Part shown: positions 34,291 to 48,687 of the stretch, piece by piece | How the letters are laid out: each line of letters begins with the position of its first letter | Numbering within the stretch: the stretch's first letter is position 1 | Origin: Adineta vaga | Lineage: Eukaryota > Animalia > Rotifera | Reading direction: 5' to 3' | Assembly: GCA_021613535.1 (NCBI GenBank) | Contig: CP075497.1 | Location: 5,208,001-5,272,000, forward strand | DNA length: 64,000 nt | The notes under the pieces: generated by a model | What the model was told of the DNA's origin: nothing | Databases searched by the model: none | What the model saw: only the letters and a program-made list of their open reading frames with translations | Program-made: the position numbers and the translations under genes

Positions 34291-36523
34291 TTAAAGAAAT
34301 ATATCAGTTGCATTATTTCGTCTCAATGTTGTTGTCTCATCTGCAAGTTCTTCATATACATGTTTCGTTGGACTACTAATTGTTGGTTCATCTGAACTAG
34401 CACTACTCATAATAGATGTGGATGTCATAGCTTCTTTATCCATCGCATTACTATATTGTGATGATAAAGTTGTTATTCGTCGTGTTGTAATACAACTACT
34501 CAATGATGTATCAGGTGTATGATGATGATGATGAAAACAACAAGGTGGTGGAAGAGGCGGTGCTAATGGAAGTTGTTTTAAACTTCGACGGTACCAAGAT
34601 TGATCCGATGGTATCGGTGGAAAACATGTTCGACGACAAGTTTTTCTACAATGATTTGATTTTGATGATGTTGACGAAAAGATTGAATTGGAATATGTTC
34701 CATCATCATCATTATTCCTCTCAATGCATAAATATGGTTGTTGTTTTTGATGTGAATGAGGAAACATTGATGATGTTGCACGTCGATAATGCTGTCGTTT
34801 CGAACGTAAATGACAGATAAAGGCTAATGTCAGCAAGAGACCTGTCGTTAGTATCGTTCCAAATAGAAATCCAAACACAATCGAACGATTGGTAAACAGC
34901 ATGTGAATAAATGGTTGTTTAGATAGAATTGGATTCAATATCGTCGTTGTTGTCATTGATAGTACTGTTCGTATTTCTCGACAATATTTATCGGTACCAA
35001 AAGAAGATCGTGTTAATAATAAACAAATATAATAACTTTTATTTGCAGGTATATGATGAATTGTATATCGTTTGAGATGTAATGAAAGATAATTTGTACG
35101 ATGAATAATATGTGTTTTCGATGACGATTGTTGTTCAAGGACGATTTGAAATTTCATTGATGTTAAAGCTTTTGTTGATAATTTCGTATCAAAATCCCAA
35201 TGAATGATTAAATTATCATCTTCATAAGTGGTATAAAATGATGATAAACGAAATGATGAAAGTTCAGAGGAAATTGTTGATGTTTGAATCTCTAGAAAGA
35301 TGAAGAAAAGTAAGTTTGACAATTTATTGTCGAAAACTTTCATTACTTTGTGTTATATTTCTCTTTAAGGGAATCATTGTCGTTATACCAAGAATATCTT
35401 TTGTATATTGTTGAATTTGTTGGAAATGATTTACTTCTTTACAATGATTTGGAAGTTGATTTGAACATGTTGAAAGTAATTGTTCATAGGTTAAAGTTTG
35501 TAAAAGTACGCCTTGATATGATATTGGTGTGAAGCATTTTGTTTCATTACGAAAAAATTGATTAGTTCCAATTAATTTCGATTTATCTACTAGATTTTCA
35601 TTAAGAAAATAGGCCAAACGACAATCACAATGTAATTGAGTACTTTCATGAAATGAATCTGTGAAAATCATTTCGTTCTTTTCTAATGTACAAATGGGAT
35701 TGAATGAAACATCGTAAGAAGTTTGATTATCTCCTAAATGAATATAATTAATTAAATTAAAACTTAAATTTACATTTAATGAATATTTCTGATTAAAATT
35801 CGGCAGATTCTCCAGAAGATTATGTGAAAGATCGAGAACTTGTAAATGTGACATATGCTTTAAGAAATCATTGGGAATATTTCGAAGTTGATTCGATGAT
35901 AAATTAAATATTTGAATAGAAGAAGATATTGGAAAATCTTGATCGAATTTGAAATATTCAAGTTGATTATTTGTTAATGAAACTTCATGTAAATTTGGTA
36001 ATTTGAATAAAACTGATGGAAATATATCGATTTGTGAATGTTGAATAATTAATATCTCTAAACGAGAAAATTTCTCTAAACAATTTGAAAATTGATTGAA
36101 ATTAAAACCAGATAGATTAAGTAAACGAAGTTTTGTCCATGAACCATAACAAAGAAATTCTAAACTTCCATTATTTAACATATCAAGATGAAGTTCTTCT
36201 AAATAATTCAAAATATTATTACTAAACGTTTGTTTATCGATAAATTCAATTAAATTTTGTTGAAGATAAATTTTCTTCACTTTTAATTGATTAAATGATT
36301 GATTGGTTAAATTTCGAATGAAATTATATGATAAATTTAATTTATCATGAATATATGAACGTGTAAATTCAGGGATATGTTCGATAGAATATGGTTGACA
36401 TTGTATATAATTTGTTCCATCAATTTCAATACCACAATAGCAACCAGAACGGCTATCAACTGTTTTCAATGGACAAGATTTAATCAAAGAAATGAATAGA
36501 AAAAACAGACAATAATAAAACAT
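34291..36523 (-). CDS. Leucine-rich-repeat transmembrane receptor (LRRNT, LRRs, LRRCT, FN3-like domain, TM); intron 35292-35346
   Basis: Signal peptide, CP..GCYC cap, LxxLxLxxN repeats (LQVLDLSHNLLENLP), LHCDCRL cap, FN3-like LIIHW...YTIHHIPANKSYYICL, TM IVFGFLFGTILTTGLLLTLAFIC. Confidence 0.88.
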
Positions 36524-39500
36524 GATCTAGAAAGAAAGAAATCAAGAATGATATGTTAACCGTTCTTTTTCGTTCTCGAAACAATGACAAGTGTTTTAAA
36601 ATATAATCGAATTTTGTTCGAAATCCACAAGGAAAGACATAATAATAAAAATAAAAGTGAACGAGAATAGATAAACTTTTTTTGTGAGACTTTCTCATTA
36701 GAATGACATCGCATATTTGACATTTCTATCGAACATCATATCGACAACTCTAACAATAACAGATTGTCTCTCCACCCTTTTCTTTTGTTTTCATATAAGA
36801 AATATTTGTAGAAGTATTTATTGTCTATGTATCAAGAATATGAGTAGAAATTAATGATGAAGAAAAAGTACCTCTACTAACGGGTACAAAGAGAAGAAAT
36901 CAATTGAATTATGAAGAGTCTGTAAGAATGTATACTATTAATTCATCGACACAACAATTCAATTTTTAATCGAAAAAACAATACTATGAAATAAAAAACG
37001 TAGAAATCTATTGAATAATCATAGGGTAAATTCATTTTTCAAGTAAGATGAAAGAGGAAAAAAAATGGTCGTAATAGGAGACACCGATTATTACCTCGTA
37101 TTATGGTTTGCGTGCATGTACGTATATATATATATATATATATATTTATTTATATATGTATGCGTGTTCGCGTCGATTTGATGAATGCAAAATGTAGATG
37201 AAATAAAACGAACGATCTACTGAGACTTTATCTCGTTATGAACTAGTACAACTAGAAATGCCAATAAAAGCATTATTCGATGATGAACAGATTAAGCATT
37301 ACTGGCTCATTTTTTTTTAGATTCTAATCAATGTCGACGATGAAAGGCTAGTACAGACGGCGGGATGTGTAATCGATTCTTTTGCCGATGGACATTCATA
37401 TGGTGCTAGCCACTCGTATTAAGGTCACGGCCAAACAAGTGAATAAAGCGGAACTATTCAACAAAAGAAAGAAAGAAAGAAGACATGGTGATAAGACAGG
37501 ATAATTGAATTGATGGTCAACAAAAAGTCGAAAGCCCCTCAAGCTATTTGATTCTATTTATATGTTGTTTCTATCGATATGTTTTTTCAATAAATTCAAA
37601 CTAAGAGGCAATAAGAAGCAGATATACATAAACAAATGATCGCCTATCATTTCTGTCTATATACTTACACTACGATTGAAAAAATAAATCGAAGATACTC
37701 ATTCTTATATGTTTTAATAGCAAGAGAAAAGAAAGAATAGAACATTACATCATGAGAACACAAGCTGTCTCTTCTCTATTATTTTTTTTTCAAGTATACG
37801 AAACGACACTGTCACAAATCGTGTTCATATATATGTATACATCGTTTAGAATTACTCGAACGAATATTGAAGATAACACAATATACATTTATTTGAAAGA
37901 ACAGGATGACAGGTTTGGTGAGGCACACATATGTATGCACAATTTCTATTAGCCGTAAAAAAAAGATCTACGATCAAACGATAGAAAGAGAAAAGAATGA
38001 AAGAAAGCAGACAAAAGAGAGAGAGAGAGAAAAATGTACATCTTCTTGAATATATATCGTCTAGATTTGTAATGTTATTGATTATTAGATATGACACACA
38101 ATGAAAAAAATTAAGAAAAAAAACTGATCGAAACCAGGTGAGGGGGACAAGACATGACAGTCATCGGTTTGTAAATTGTGATTATCATCATTATTTTTTT
38201 ACATCATTAAACTTAGAGAGCGTATTCAATGTGGACGGGTGTGAGATCAAAAATCCGATATATTATCAACTACAGTATGTATAGGTTTCGATCGTACACA
38301 GCACGTATCAACTAAACATATCTTACTTTACATGTATCTACGTATTACATATAAATATGTGTATGTGTGTGGCGTCGAACGACAGAGAATAGGAATGAAT
38401 ACAACGAACTAGAAAGACATACGACGATAGAGAGTAGTGATTGAGTGATGAAAAGACCGATAGTCTATGTAAACATGCAAACGTTGAAGGAAAGAGACGT
38501 GTGGGAAAGAAACTGTGAACTTGCGTGATTCTATTATTCTCAACTTCTGTTTTTTATTATATTGATTTAGTTAACATATTTGTAGTCGTTTTTTTCATGT
38601 TCTCTATTGGATCTGAATAGATCAATGACAATAATTGAATAAGAAAGGAAAAAATGAACAATTTCGAAACAAAAGAGAAGCGAGACAGTGATCTTTATAG
38701 ACGCGTGCAAGGATCAGAAACAACGGTAAAAAGATGATGTTTTCGTTTCTTATTCAATAACAAGACATCACAACAATAAAGATATAAGTAGGTCTGAGCC
38801 GATAGATTGTCGCGATCCCACGCTCACCTATTCGTTCATTAGTAATCGTTGTAGTAGTAGTACAATTAAGTAGAAGCAAGAGATATAATGTCAAGCAAAT
38901 CGGAAGCATACGAAAATGCGAAAGAGATGAACATATGACTAAATGGATATAATATAAGATATTATCTGGTGAGATTTTTTATTTATTCTTATGTTCTTCT
39001 TCTTTCTTCGCTCTCTCTCTCTCTCTCTGCTCAGCATCAATTCTTCACAAGGTTATTTACTCAAATGATTACATCACTTATCTAGAAGGCGATCCATGAA
39101 GAAGAAGAAGAAAAGACTAACTATCTAACTCTCATCACTTCTTGTATTACTCAGACCCTATGGGTGTGGATACATATATATATGTATGAACACATATAAA
39201 CATCAATTAGATGATAAAAGATACTGTAGAATAAAGAAGTTCACCTTGACAAAGCCATAAAAGGAAAAAAAACGAAGAAGATACAAATACATTTAATGAC
39301 TGATCTGTTTACAAGCAAAACAACGGATGAGATCAATTAGAAGTCCATTTACGAATATAAAGTAGAATAATGATATGCTACATTTATTTTCTTCAATGTT
39401 AATAAATATTCTGATTCAAGTATATCGACATGTATGTGCACAAGTCAATTTACTTTATTCACTCTAAGGTGATAATCATTGTCATACCTATGTCTCAGGT

Positions 39501-39565
39501 TGTGCGTATGTCAGTACTACACATGCGTGTATGACAGTGATGATCGATCATGACTATGTTTCGCT

Positions 39566-39604
<39 letters not shown>
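39566..39604. repeat. Compound (TA)n(TG)n microsatellite
   Basis: Seen directly. Confidence 0.9.
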
Positions 39605-40884
39605 ATACGTATGTTATGTGCGAATGATGTAACCTTCAACACATGAACAATTACGTTTTAAAGTGCTTCTAAAATATCCTTCGATATTTAATTAGAAAAA
39701 ACGTCGAAAGAAAAAGAAAGACGAACGATTAATATATGCTTATTTTCTTTTACTTAGATATCAATCAAATACGACATTATAGTGTGTGAACACAAGAAAT
39801 TTATCGTTCATTCAACGATAAATAATGATTACAATAGGACAACTCACTGATTTTTTATATTTATAATATGATTTAAGTAGTTTATCTTCGAAATATATAC
39901 GTAAAATAGTTCATGCTTGAACAATCTTTATGAATTTTTGTTTGTTTATATCTAATCCATTAATAGATTTTAGTTTTGTCGCTTTCTGTGTAATGTAAAA
40001 AGACGTAATTTGGATAAAAGTTACTTCGATTATGATGATATTAATGTGTCATTTTATGTTTCATTTAGAATCAATAAACGTTGGACAAATTATGAGTTCA
40101 TATTGAGTTTTTCATAATGATAAACAAAGTCAATAATGATGTGCATATTATTGTTAAAAGAGCGAGAAGTAATCGCACCCTCCAACTGAGCTTTTGTATA
40201 CTCACGGGTGCTGTTAAGTAAGAGAATATTTCACGATAAAGTATTGATCAATTCTTTCTGATATAATCACCGGATAATTTTCCAGTGTTAGCGTCAGAGT
40301 GATACCCCCTAGATCATCAAATTATCATCTCTCGCTGGTATCTCGATAGTATATCTTCTCAATGAAGAAGGGTCACTTCTGCACATTAATAGCATTTACT
40401 GAAAAAGTGCACTACAAAGAAATTGTACTATGAACTATGATGATTAAGTATGGAAGAAGAAAGGAACATGTTTAAACTGGAATAAATAATTCAGAAGTTG
40501 AATAAAGTCATCAAATGAAAAAGCTGTGTCAACGTTTTGAACCTAGAAAACTAGAATAAAGCACACTTGCATTGACAGCAAAGATCAGTTTGTTATTTCA
40601 TCTTTTTAATTAGTGCGCATCATGGTAAAAGAAACTTTTTTAATAAAGAAAAAAGTACCGTCAGCTTTTCACATGGTAAATAACTAAGTCTGAAGATGAC
40701 TGGATTGACGAGGAAAAATATAAGAAAGAAGACTATCTGTTGCATCTAGAAAATTAATTTGAAGAAAAATAGGAAAAAAAACAAAAAGAGAAAAGTAGAC
40801 GGAATGAACTTAGCGTTATAAATAAAGCTGATTTCTGTCACTTTCATATAGACACGACTACAATCAAATACAAAAACACAGCAA

Positions 40885-41176
40885 ATGCATCGTTTTCAAT
40901 TTTATTTACTCACAACTATTCTCATTATTTTTTTGGTTATTGATGTATACCATCATATCAATGCTAATCCTGCAGAGAACAGCGCTCAGGTAAGATTATT
41001 CAGGAATGTATATGCGATTCATAACAGAGTTTTATCTATAGCCACCACCATTGACAACTCAAACAAACGAACATAAATCAAGTTCTGCAAGAGTAGCTAA
41101 ATATCCGCGTATTCGACCTTTTCTGTTACCATTTCCACCATCACCATTCATTGAACAATATCCTGAATATCTTTAA
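40885..41176 (+). CDS. Small secreted peptide precursor A, 79 aa; exons 40885-40989 and 41042-41176
   Basis: Signal peptide MHRFQFYLLTTILIIFLVIDVYHHINA-NP, 52-nt GTAAGA...TAG intron, exon 2 PPPLTTQTNEHKSSSARVAKYPRIRPFLLPFPPSPFIEQYPEYL*. TATAAATA lies upstream (~40818) and AATAAA downstream (~41278). Confidence 0.75.
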
Positions 41177-41672
41177 AGATTAGATATTGTATCCTTCAAT
41201 CTCTTTCATCTATATTTTTTCTTATAAAAGAGAACCAAAATATTTGTTCACAAAATGATGTTTCAGTTTTTAAACTAAATAAAGTATACTTCATCGCGGA
41301 TTCAATCCAAAAACTATAGTGATCTGAAATAGCACAACATATAGCCAATTTCATCATCAGTTCAAACCAATAATAGATAGAATTATTTGAAAGATTTCTT
41401 TATGATGTATTCATATTTCTGATGCAGTAAACTTAATAAAATATAATGAAATGCAATTTCTTCTGCAATAAAAATTAATTTTTAATTCCATGATTATGAC
41501 GAAACATCATCGCCTCAGAAGATTTTATAATGAAGGAAACTATGGTGTTTTTTTTCATACGTCAATTAAGTATATCTATAGAAGACCAGCTTAGATGTTC
41601 AAAGTTCCTTTCTGTCAAAGACTCACCGTAAAATAACGCAAAAAGATTATTATTTACATAAGCACATACGAA

Positions 41673-41874
41673 ATGCATCGTTTTCAAACTTATCGATTCA
41701 CAATTATTCTGATTGCTATTCTATTTCTTGCTGTTCATCATCAGAACAATGCTAATCCTGTAGGAAAGATTGCAGCCGTAACATTATTCATAGACCTAAA
41801 TAACAATCAAATTTTATTTATAGATTCAACAATCAACAATCAAACAGAATAAAGTATTTTCTGGTTTTCATTAA
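41673..41874 (+). CDS. Small secreted peptide precursor B, 51 aa, tandem paralog of A; exons 41673-41777 and 41824-41874
   Basis: MHRFQTYRFTIILIAILFLAVHHQNNANPVGKIAA with an intron after codon 35, the same position as in copy A; exon 2 IQQSTIKQNKVFSGFH*. May be a decaying copy. Confidence 0.6.
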
Positions 41875-42815
41875 AGACTAGCTTTGTATATTTCATCACT
41901 GTATTTTCTTTCTATCCAAACTTAATTGTAAAACGATTGTATGTATAAAATTCTTGAATGAATTCAAATAAAATAAACATCATTCGAAAGGAGTCTTTTT
42001 AGATTCATCGAGCACGTTGGCATTAGTATTGAAATACTTTCGACTAGATATCGAGGTGATAAAATGTAAAACTATTTTGGAATGTTACGAAAAGATGCGG
42101 TCATAAAAACCTGAAATACAAAAAAAACATAGAAGAAGAATGTTGAATGTTTCGTGAGATAATTCGAGAGAAATGGTGTAAAGATCCATTATTTTATGGT
42201 TTTCGTTCGATTGTATTCGGTGAGTGTAATTTAAAAATGTAACGTATTTTGTTGTTCGCAAATCGGTAAAAAACATTTATTTATTGATTTTCCTGCTGGA
42301 AAATGAATGTATTGAGATGACTTGTTTTCAATTAAAGCAATAGTACTTAACCATCAAGTACATTTTAGTATCACGTCATTCAAAACAAAAAACAAAGAGT
42401 TCAATTGAATGATTTATTAGTATTGATATCAAAGTTTTAGTAGAAGCAAAATGTCATTTGAATCTTTATGAAAAGATACTGTATAAGATGATATTTATTC
42501 GTTCATTTTACTCTGATTGGTTACGGGCCAATGATTATACCGTCGTCCGAATTTTCATCTTGTTACTGCTTTTTTTTCATATATAATATTCAGTTTTTTG
42601 CATAGATAGATATACATTTTTTTCTTCTTCTTCTTCTTCTCTTTCTTTTACTCCTTCTCGTCTTTCTCTTCTTCTTTCCTCGTGGTCTCGAGCGGCAATA
42701 ATATTAGTAAGGAGATTTCTTGTAGAACGTGCACACACGTTCGTTCTCTTTTTCTTGGATTGTCTGCGTTCTTCTTATATTTATATATATATATTTTTTT
42801 CCTTCTTCGTTCGGT

Positions 42816-43842
42816 ATGGAAGACAGGCAAAGTGGTACTCGGTCTCCATCATCATTATTACATTTACATCGACAACAACATCTATTGATTGGTTATTATT
42901 TATCTCGAAAAAAACTTTCAAAACTTCGTTTTGATCAATTTTTACTTCTTTGCAAACGTTTTCATATTGATACAATTGAATTAACTTTGGATTATTTCGA
43001 ACGATCTAATGTTCGTATACCTCAATTAATTATTCATAAACTTGAAGATGATGTCACTTCTCGTTCACTTCTCGATAAAATTCGTTCTTTACCAAGAACA
43101 TCAACGGTTATTCTCGATGAATTCGATTCCATAGCAAGATTATTAAATCGTTATGAACAATATTCATTATTAGATTCCAATAAAAATCTTTATCATGTTC
43201 CATCATTTATTCTAGTAACAAACGATGATAATGAATTAACAATTGAAAAAATGTTAATAAAGAATCAAATAACATTTCCTATTATGTGTAAACCAATTCG
43301 TGCACATGGGGATAAATCACATGATATGAAACTTATTTTTGATGTCGAACATTTAAATGATATTGATAAACCTTGTGTTCTACAACAATTTATTGATCAT
43401 GATGGTGTTCTTTTCAAAGTATTTGCTGGTAAATGAGTTTTTCTTCGAAATTTAATGGATAATCTTTATTTATTTTGATTTAGTTGGTCAAGATAATCAT
43501 CATATTGTACGAAGAAATTCTATTCGTAATCTTCATACTCATACATGTCGTGATACAATATCATTCCGTTCCAATGAAGTTTCAAGTTCTCAAGCAGCTC
43601 ATATGCTTCTATCAAATGAACAAACAGTGAAATTAACTTTCGATCATACAATCGTTAATAAAATTGTTCAAGTTGTTCAAAATTTATTTCAATTAAATCT
43701 TGTTGGAATTGATATAATTCTTGATAGAAATACGGGTGACTATGCTGTTATTGATGTCAATTATTTTCCAGGTTACGAAGGTGTTAATGATTTTAATACA
43801 CAATTATTTCATTTATGTCAACATCTACTTCATATTTCTTAG
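42816..43842 (+). CDS. ITPK1: Inositol-tetrakisphosphate 1-kinase (ATP-grasp); intron 43429-43483
   Basis: IGYYLSRKKLSKLRF, LIIHKL, LLNRYEQY, FPIMCKPIRAHG..SHDMKLIF, PCVLQQFIDHDGVLFKVF, LVGIDII, YAVIDVNYFPGYEGV. Confidence 0.92.
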
Positions 43843-43926
43843 TATAAAGATAAATATATTTGTTTTTTTTTATCGTTTTTTATTCGGTAAAAGAAGAAAG
43901 GTAGAAAAATGTAAAGTTTTTTTTCT

Positions 43927-44719
43927 TCAAAATTTAACATAATAGCCAGGAGTAGATGAATGAGAAATGGCGACACCAAGTACAAGTGATGATATGACAC
44001 CAAATATTTCAATAAATAAAATGGTACCTAATACACCTGCTATAATTGGTAGTTCATTCCATATCCATGTGGCAACAGCTGGTGCACATCCTTGAGCATA
44101 TGGAATGTTAAATATCATTTTATCGGGGAAGCAGGAGAGAGGCATTTTAAAACCATGTTTAATATAATCGGAAGGCTCATCAACACCACAACATTTGAAT
44201 GTTTCTTCTAAACTTTCGATAACTTTCTTTACTTCTGTTTGGTTTTGAGAATAAGCATGTTGAAATATTTCCATAAATCCTGAATCATACGATGTGTATA
44301 AATCATTACGAAATACTAGAGTTGCAATAACGGCAGCAAATTCAACAAGTATGATCAAAGTTAAACAAATTGCATACATGTATAGGAAACAACGATTTTT
44401 TGATATAGCTCCTAAACAAATACAGAAATAATTTATTTTCTTGTAAATGAGACTTTCTTCTTAACATACCTAAGCATCCAAATACTGCTAAGATTGTAGT
44501 GAGTGCTCCCACAGTGATTAAACCTACTGCAACCCATTGCATCGCTTCACCTCCCAATGCTTCTGATACAGTATAGATTTCTGAGATAGCACGAAAGTTA
44601 CCATTGACTTTAATATATATGCCAAGACCCATTACAGAGAAACCAACTAGGATAAATAGAATGTTTAATGTTAATAAAACCGTACGTGTACATTGTACAC
44701 CACAAGATAGTTGAACCAT
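43927..44719 (-). CDS. Tetraspanin (copy 1), 2 exons
   Basis: Four TM segments, FGCLG, CCG motif, PLSC and GC before TM4. Confidence 0.92.
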
Positions 44720-45212
44720 GGCTGTTTGTTGTATTAATTTTGTTGGTAAATGAAAATGACAAAAAAGTGAGAGATTTTTACCTCTTCATATAGGATATGT
44801 GATATCAGTATTGTTGACTTTGATGACATGAAAGAGATAAAAACAAGATCAAAATGAGTAATGCTAAAGAAATAAATGTTCTTGCACAATGAAAAACTAA
44901 CTAAGTCAGATGATAGTCGTATTGTTATCTAAATATATCCTCCGGAAACATTAGAGACTGGCTGAAGTTTTATTTTCATCTCTGTCGAATCAGTCGAAAA
45001 TTTGCTTATTGAGATAATTATTCTGATCGATGTTTTTTCACGTTTTTTAGAATAATCAAAATTATTTCACTATAGCTTTTCTACTTTTCCCACATCTCTA
45101 CTCTGATGACAATGAAATTCTACATGGCATATGTGATACATAGATTTTATTATATAAAATAGTAATTCTAAAACATTTCAAACTTAGTAACAATATATCA
45201 AAACAAAATTAG

Positions 45213-46029
45213 TTAAGCCATTGATTCAGAAGATGTGCCTTGTAATCTTCCATACGCATAATGCGAAACAGCGACAGCTAATGAAAACGATGCAATGACT
45301 CCAAAAACTTCAATGATTAATATTGCACTGATGATCCCACCAATGATGGGTAATTCATCCCACATCCAATCAATGAATGCTTGTGAACATCCTTTGGCAA
45401 AAATAGGTTTTAAAAATGATTGATCCATATAGCATGCTAGTGGAAGTGTGTGATTTACTTTCGTGTAATCTTTAAAATCAATGACGCCACAGCATTGAAA
45501 CTCGCGTTCCAATTCTTCAATAGCTTCGATCAAATTTGGTCGATTTTTAGTGTAGGCATTACTAAACACATTCCAGAGACCAGACTGATAACTATCTCGA
45601 ATACGAACACGAGTACTCATCATTGTAATAAATGCAGCCAATTCACATATCATTAGAAGACTAAGAATAATTCCATAGATATAGAGAAAAATGCGATTTC
45701 TGAATAATGCACCTATAAAATAAATAGAAAGAGAATTTTTATTTCTTCGAAAAAGTATCTTTTCTACTTCGTTACATACCAAGACATCCAAATGCAGATA
45801 ACAAAACAGTAAATACTCCCATAATAATCAGAATAATCCCAACTACTTCAATTGCTTCACCGCCAATGATTTGTGTACTGATATTTGGTGATAACGCAAC
45901 ATCGAATTTCTTGCTCACTTTCAAATAAATTCCAAAACCAAGTAGTGAACAACCAAAGACAAGAAACAGTATATTTAAAGCAAATAAAATCACAGAAATT
46001 ACTTCAATACCACAAGAAAGACGAGCCAT
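45213..46029 (-). CDS. Tetraspanin (copy 2, tandem paralog), 2 exons
   Basis: Same architecture and intron position (FGCLG|A) as copy 1; FQCCG, PLAC, GCSQAFIDWMWDELPII. Confidence 0.92.
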
Positions 46030-48687
46030 AATAGACGAATATTATTTTCGTTTGAAAATAAAAGAAAAACTAACTGTCTTGTATACAAAAAAGATAACAA
46101 ATATCTGACAAAGATAAACATAAAAATTCATGAAAGATACATTGCCGACAGTTAAGAATTTCGTAATAAATGAAAACGATTGGTTAATAATTCTTTTAAT
46201 TCAACAAAATTTCCATTAAGCAAATGAACTACATAAAAACTGTTTTCTTTTTCTTCTCTTCAATATAATACATTAACTATAATGTATATTGTGTTCATAT
46301 TGATTTTAAAATCAGAATACCATATAAAATCTCAGATTGTTATTCAATCTTTTTCTTTTATATTTTCTTTTTTGACATTAATCATGTTCGTGTATGATTA
46401 AATACCTCTTCTCTTGCAAAGTACATATCAATCTCTATCCTACCATAATCATTTGCTGTCTCTTTCTGTCGTTTTGAAAAAAAAATCAAAATCAACCATT
46501 AAAGGCCGTTCTCTTTCTCACCTAGAAAATGTCAAATTCATTCTCTAGTACAATCGTCGATATTTATATCGGTCTAACAAAATGGCACCTGTTATTGGCG
46601 AAAATTTCTCTTCTTTCTTCTTTTACTCGTTATTTAAATATACATTTAAAACATTTTTTTTTCTTTCAATATGACAAATACAAATGTTGATTAAAATATA
46701 TATGTAGAGAATAAATAAACATTATCAATTAGAAATTCATATGAAATATTTGATTTTTTTTTATTCTTAAAATTTCATGTAGACAGCAAGAAGAAAAAGA
46801 ATTAATAATAACTAACACGATATGTAATATTGTTCGTTGGCATACACAGGTGTGTGTATAAGTAAAAGAGAAGGAGAGAAAGAGAGGTCCAAATGATGTT
46901 TATTTTCAAATGAGAAAGAAAGACTCGAAACTGAATCATATTCGTTTTTTACTATTCTATGCACAAGAAGAAGAAAAAAGCCAAGGGAAGCGATTTATCG
47001 ATTTTGTAGACGATAATCGTCTTTTTTCTTCTTGTTCTTCGAGTTCTTTTTTATATTGAAAAAAAACGAGAGATTTGACAGAAAAAAAAATGTATATATT
47101 CTGTATACAATCCATGAGAACAAGTCTAGGACTAGAATGATGTTAACTACAACGAAAGTCAAGTGTGGTATGTATATTGTTATTTATTTGTTTGTTCTAG
47201 TTTCTGTTACGTAGAAAATGTGTGGAGAAGACATTAGAATTTCAAGTGTGTTATTCAATAAGAGATATGTTAATAAATATTACAGTCTTTCTTTTATGTT
47301 AAAAGAAGAAGTGAGCATTACTTGGATTCTTTTATATAGATATATAACAGTTTATTGATTGATAGTAAACAACAAGAAACGGAAATTGAAACGTTCGTTC
47401 TGTTACTTTTTCTCTCAGATAGAATGAATGAGACTTTTTGATTATGCTTATTGCTAACAGAAGAAAAACAAAGAATGATCGAATGAATGTAGATGTGTAT
47501 AGAAAGTTTACCTGATTGAATTCTTTCGAAGAAATTTGTCTTCTTCCGCTAGCATATTGTTCTAATCATTCTCAAATAGCATGAGATGAACCGTTAAAAG
47601 TTGATTATTTATCAGAAGAAGAAGAAGAAGACTCATCGAACGTTGTCCATCATCAATTCGCTTGATTGCTTTACATAAACATTCGGTTAAGCTTTTTCTT
47701 CTGTCTGTTATGTTTTCATTTTGTTAAAGTGATTGCTTGTTTTCCAAGATTTATTATTTGTATCATCAAATACGACATGCTATATTAGTGCATGGCTCGG
47801 TTTTTTTCTCTCCCTCTCTCGATAGGAAATATCTTCATCTGTAATATACATATCTATACGAGTATTCTTCTGTCTGATTCATTGTTGCATCACAAACTCT
47901 ATGATACAAGTCGTATGGGGAGATATTTGAAGAAATGATATGTCAATGGATATGATTATAGAAAAAGAAAAGGAATATATTATTATCTCACGAGAGGAAA
48001 AAAACGAAGAAGAAAAAGAAGATTTATTTGTTTTCTTTTGGTTGGAAAGAGAGAGAGAGAGAAAAAGAAATTTGTTTCTACTTAAATTATCTGATTTATC
48101 ACATATGTTGAAGATATTTCCTTAAGATAGATAAGATCTTTTATATAAAATGATTTTCTTTATCTTAACCTAATTTATTCTTTCTACTAATGACTTTCTT
48201 TCTCGATAATATCATCGAAGAATTTTACGAATTTCTTCTTCGTTTGATCGTCGGTTTTTTTGTTTTCAAAAACAAGGAGAAGAAGCCAGATGTCGATCAT
48301 CTTCTGTCTCATTTTTCAATTAGATCTATATGTTGCTTCCGTTTGTTCTTTCAATTGATGTGTTGTTTTTTCCTTATACATATGAAAATATCGGGCAGTA
48401 GAATAACGCGTGCCTGTTAGACGATAATGATGATGAGCCAACGGGCTTGTTTGATTTCGAAAGAAAAAGAAAAAAACGATGGGCGTCTCGCCTTATGCTT
48501 CTAGTAGTACCAATAAATAGATGAGAAACGATTGCAGGAGAGAGAGAGCGAGTTTGCTTTTTCTCATCCTCATACAGAACAAAACTAATAAATCTTCCGT
48601 TTTTCTTCTCTCTCTCTCTCTTATCCTGTTGTACATATATCTTCTTTTTCCTCTATTTTCTATCTCATCATTTTTTCTTTTTGCTTG

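Noticed and set aside
42729-42815. Hydrophobic N-terminal extension on ITPK1
   Set aside because: Starts at GTG and translates a T/TA-rich UTR; the first ATG is at 42816.
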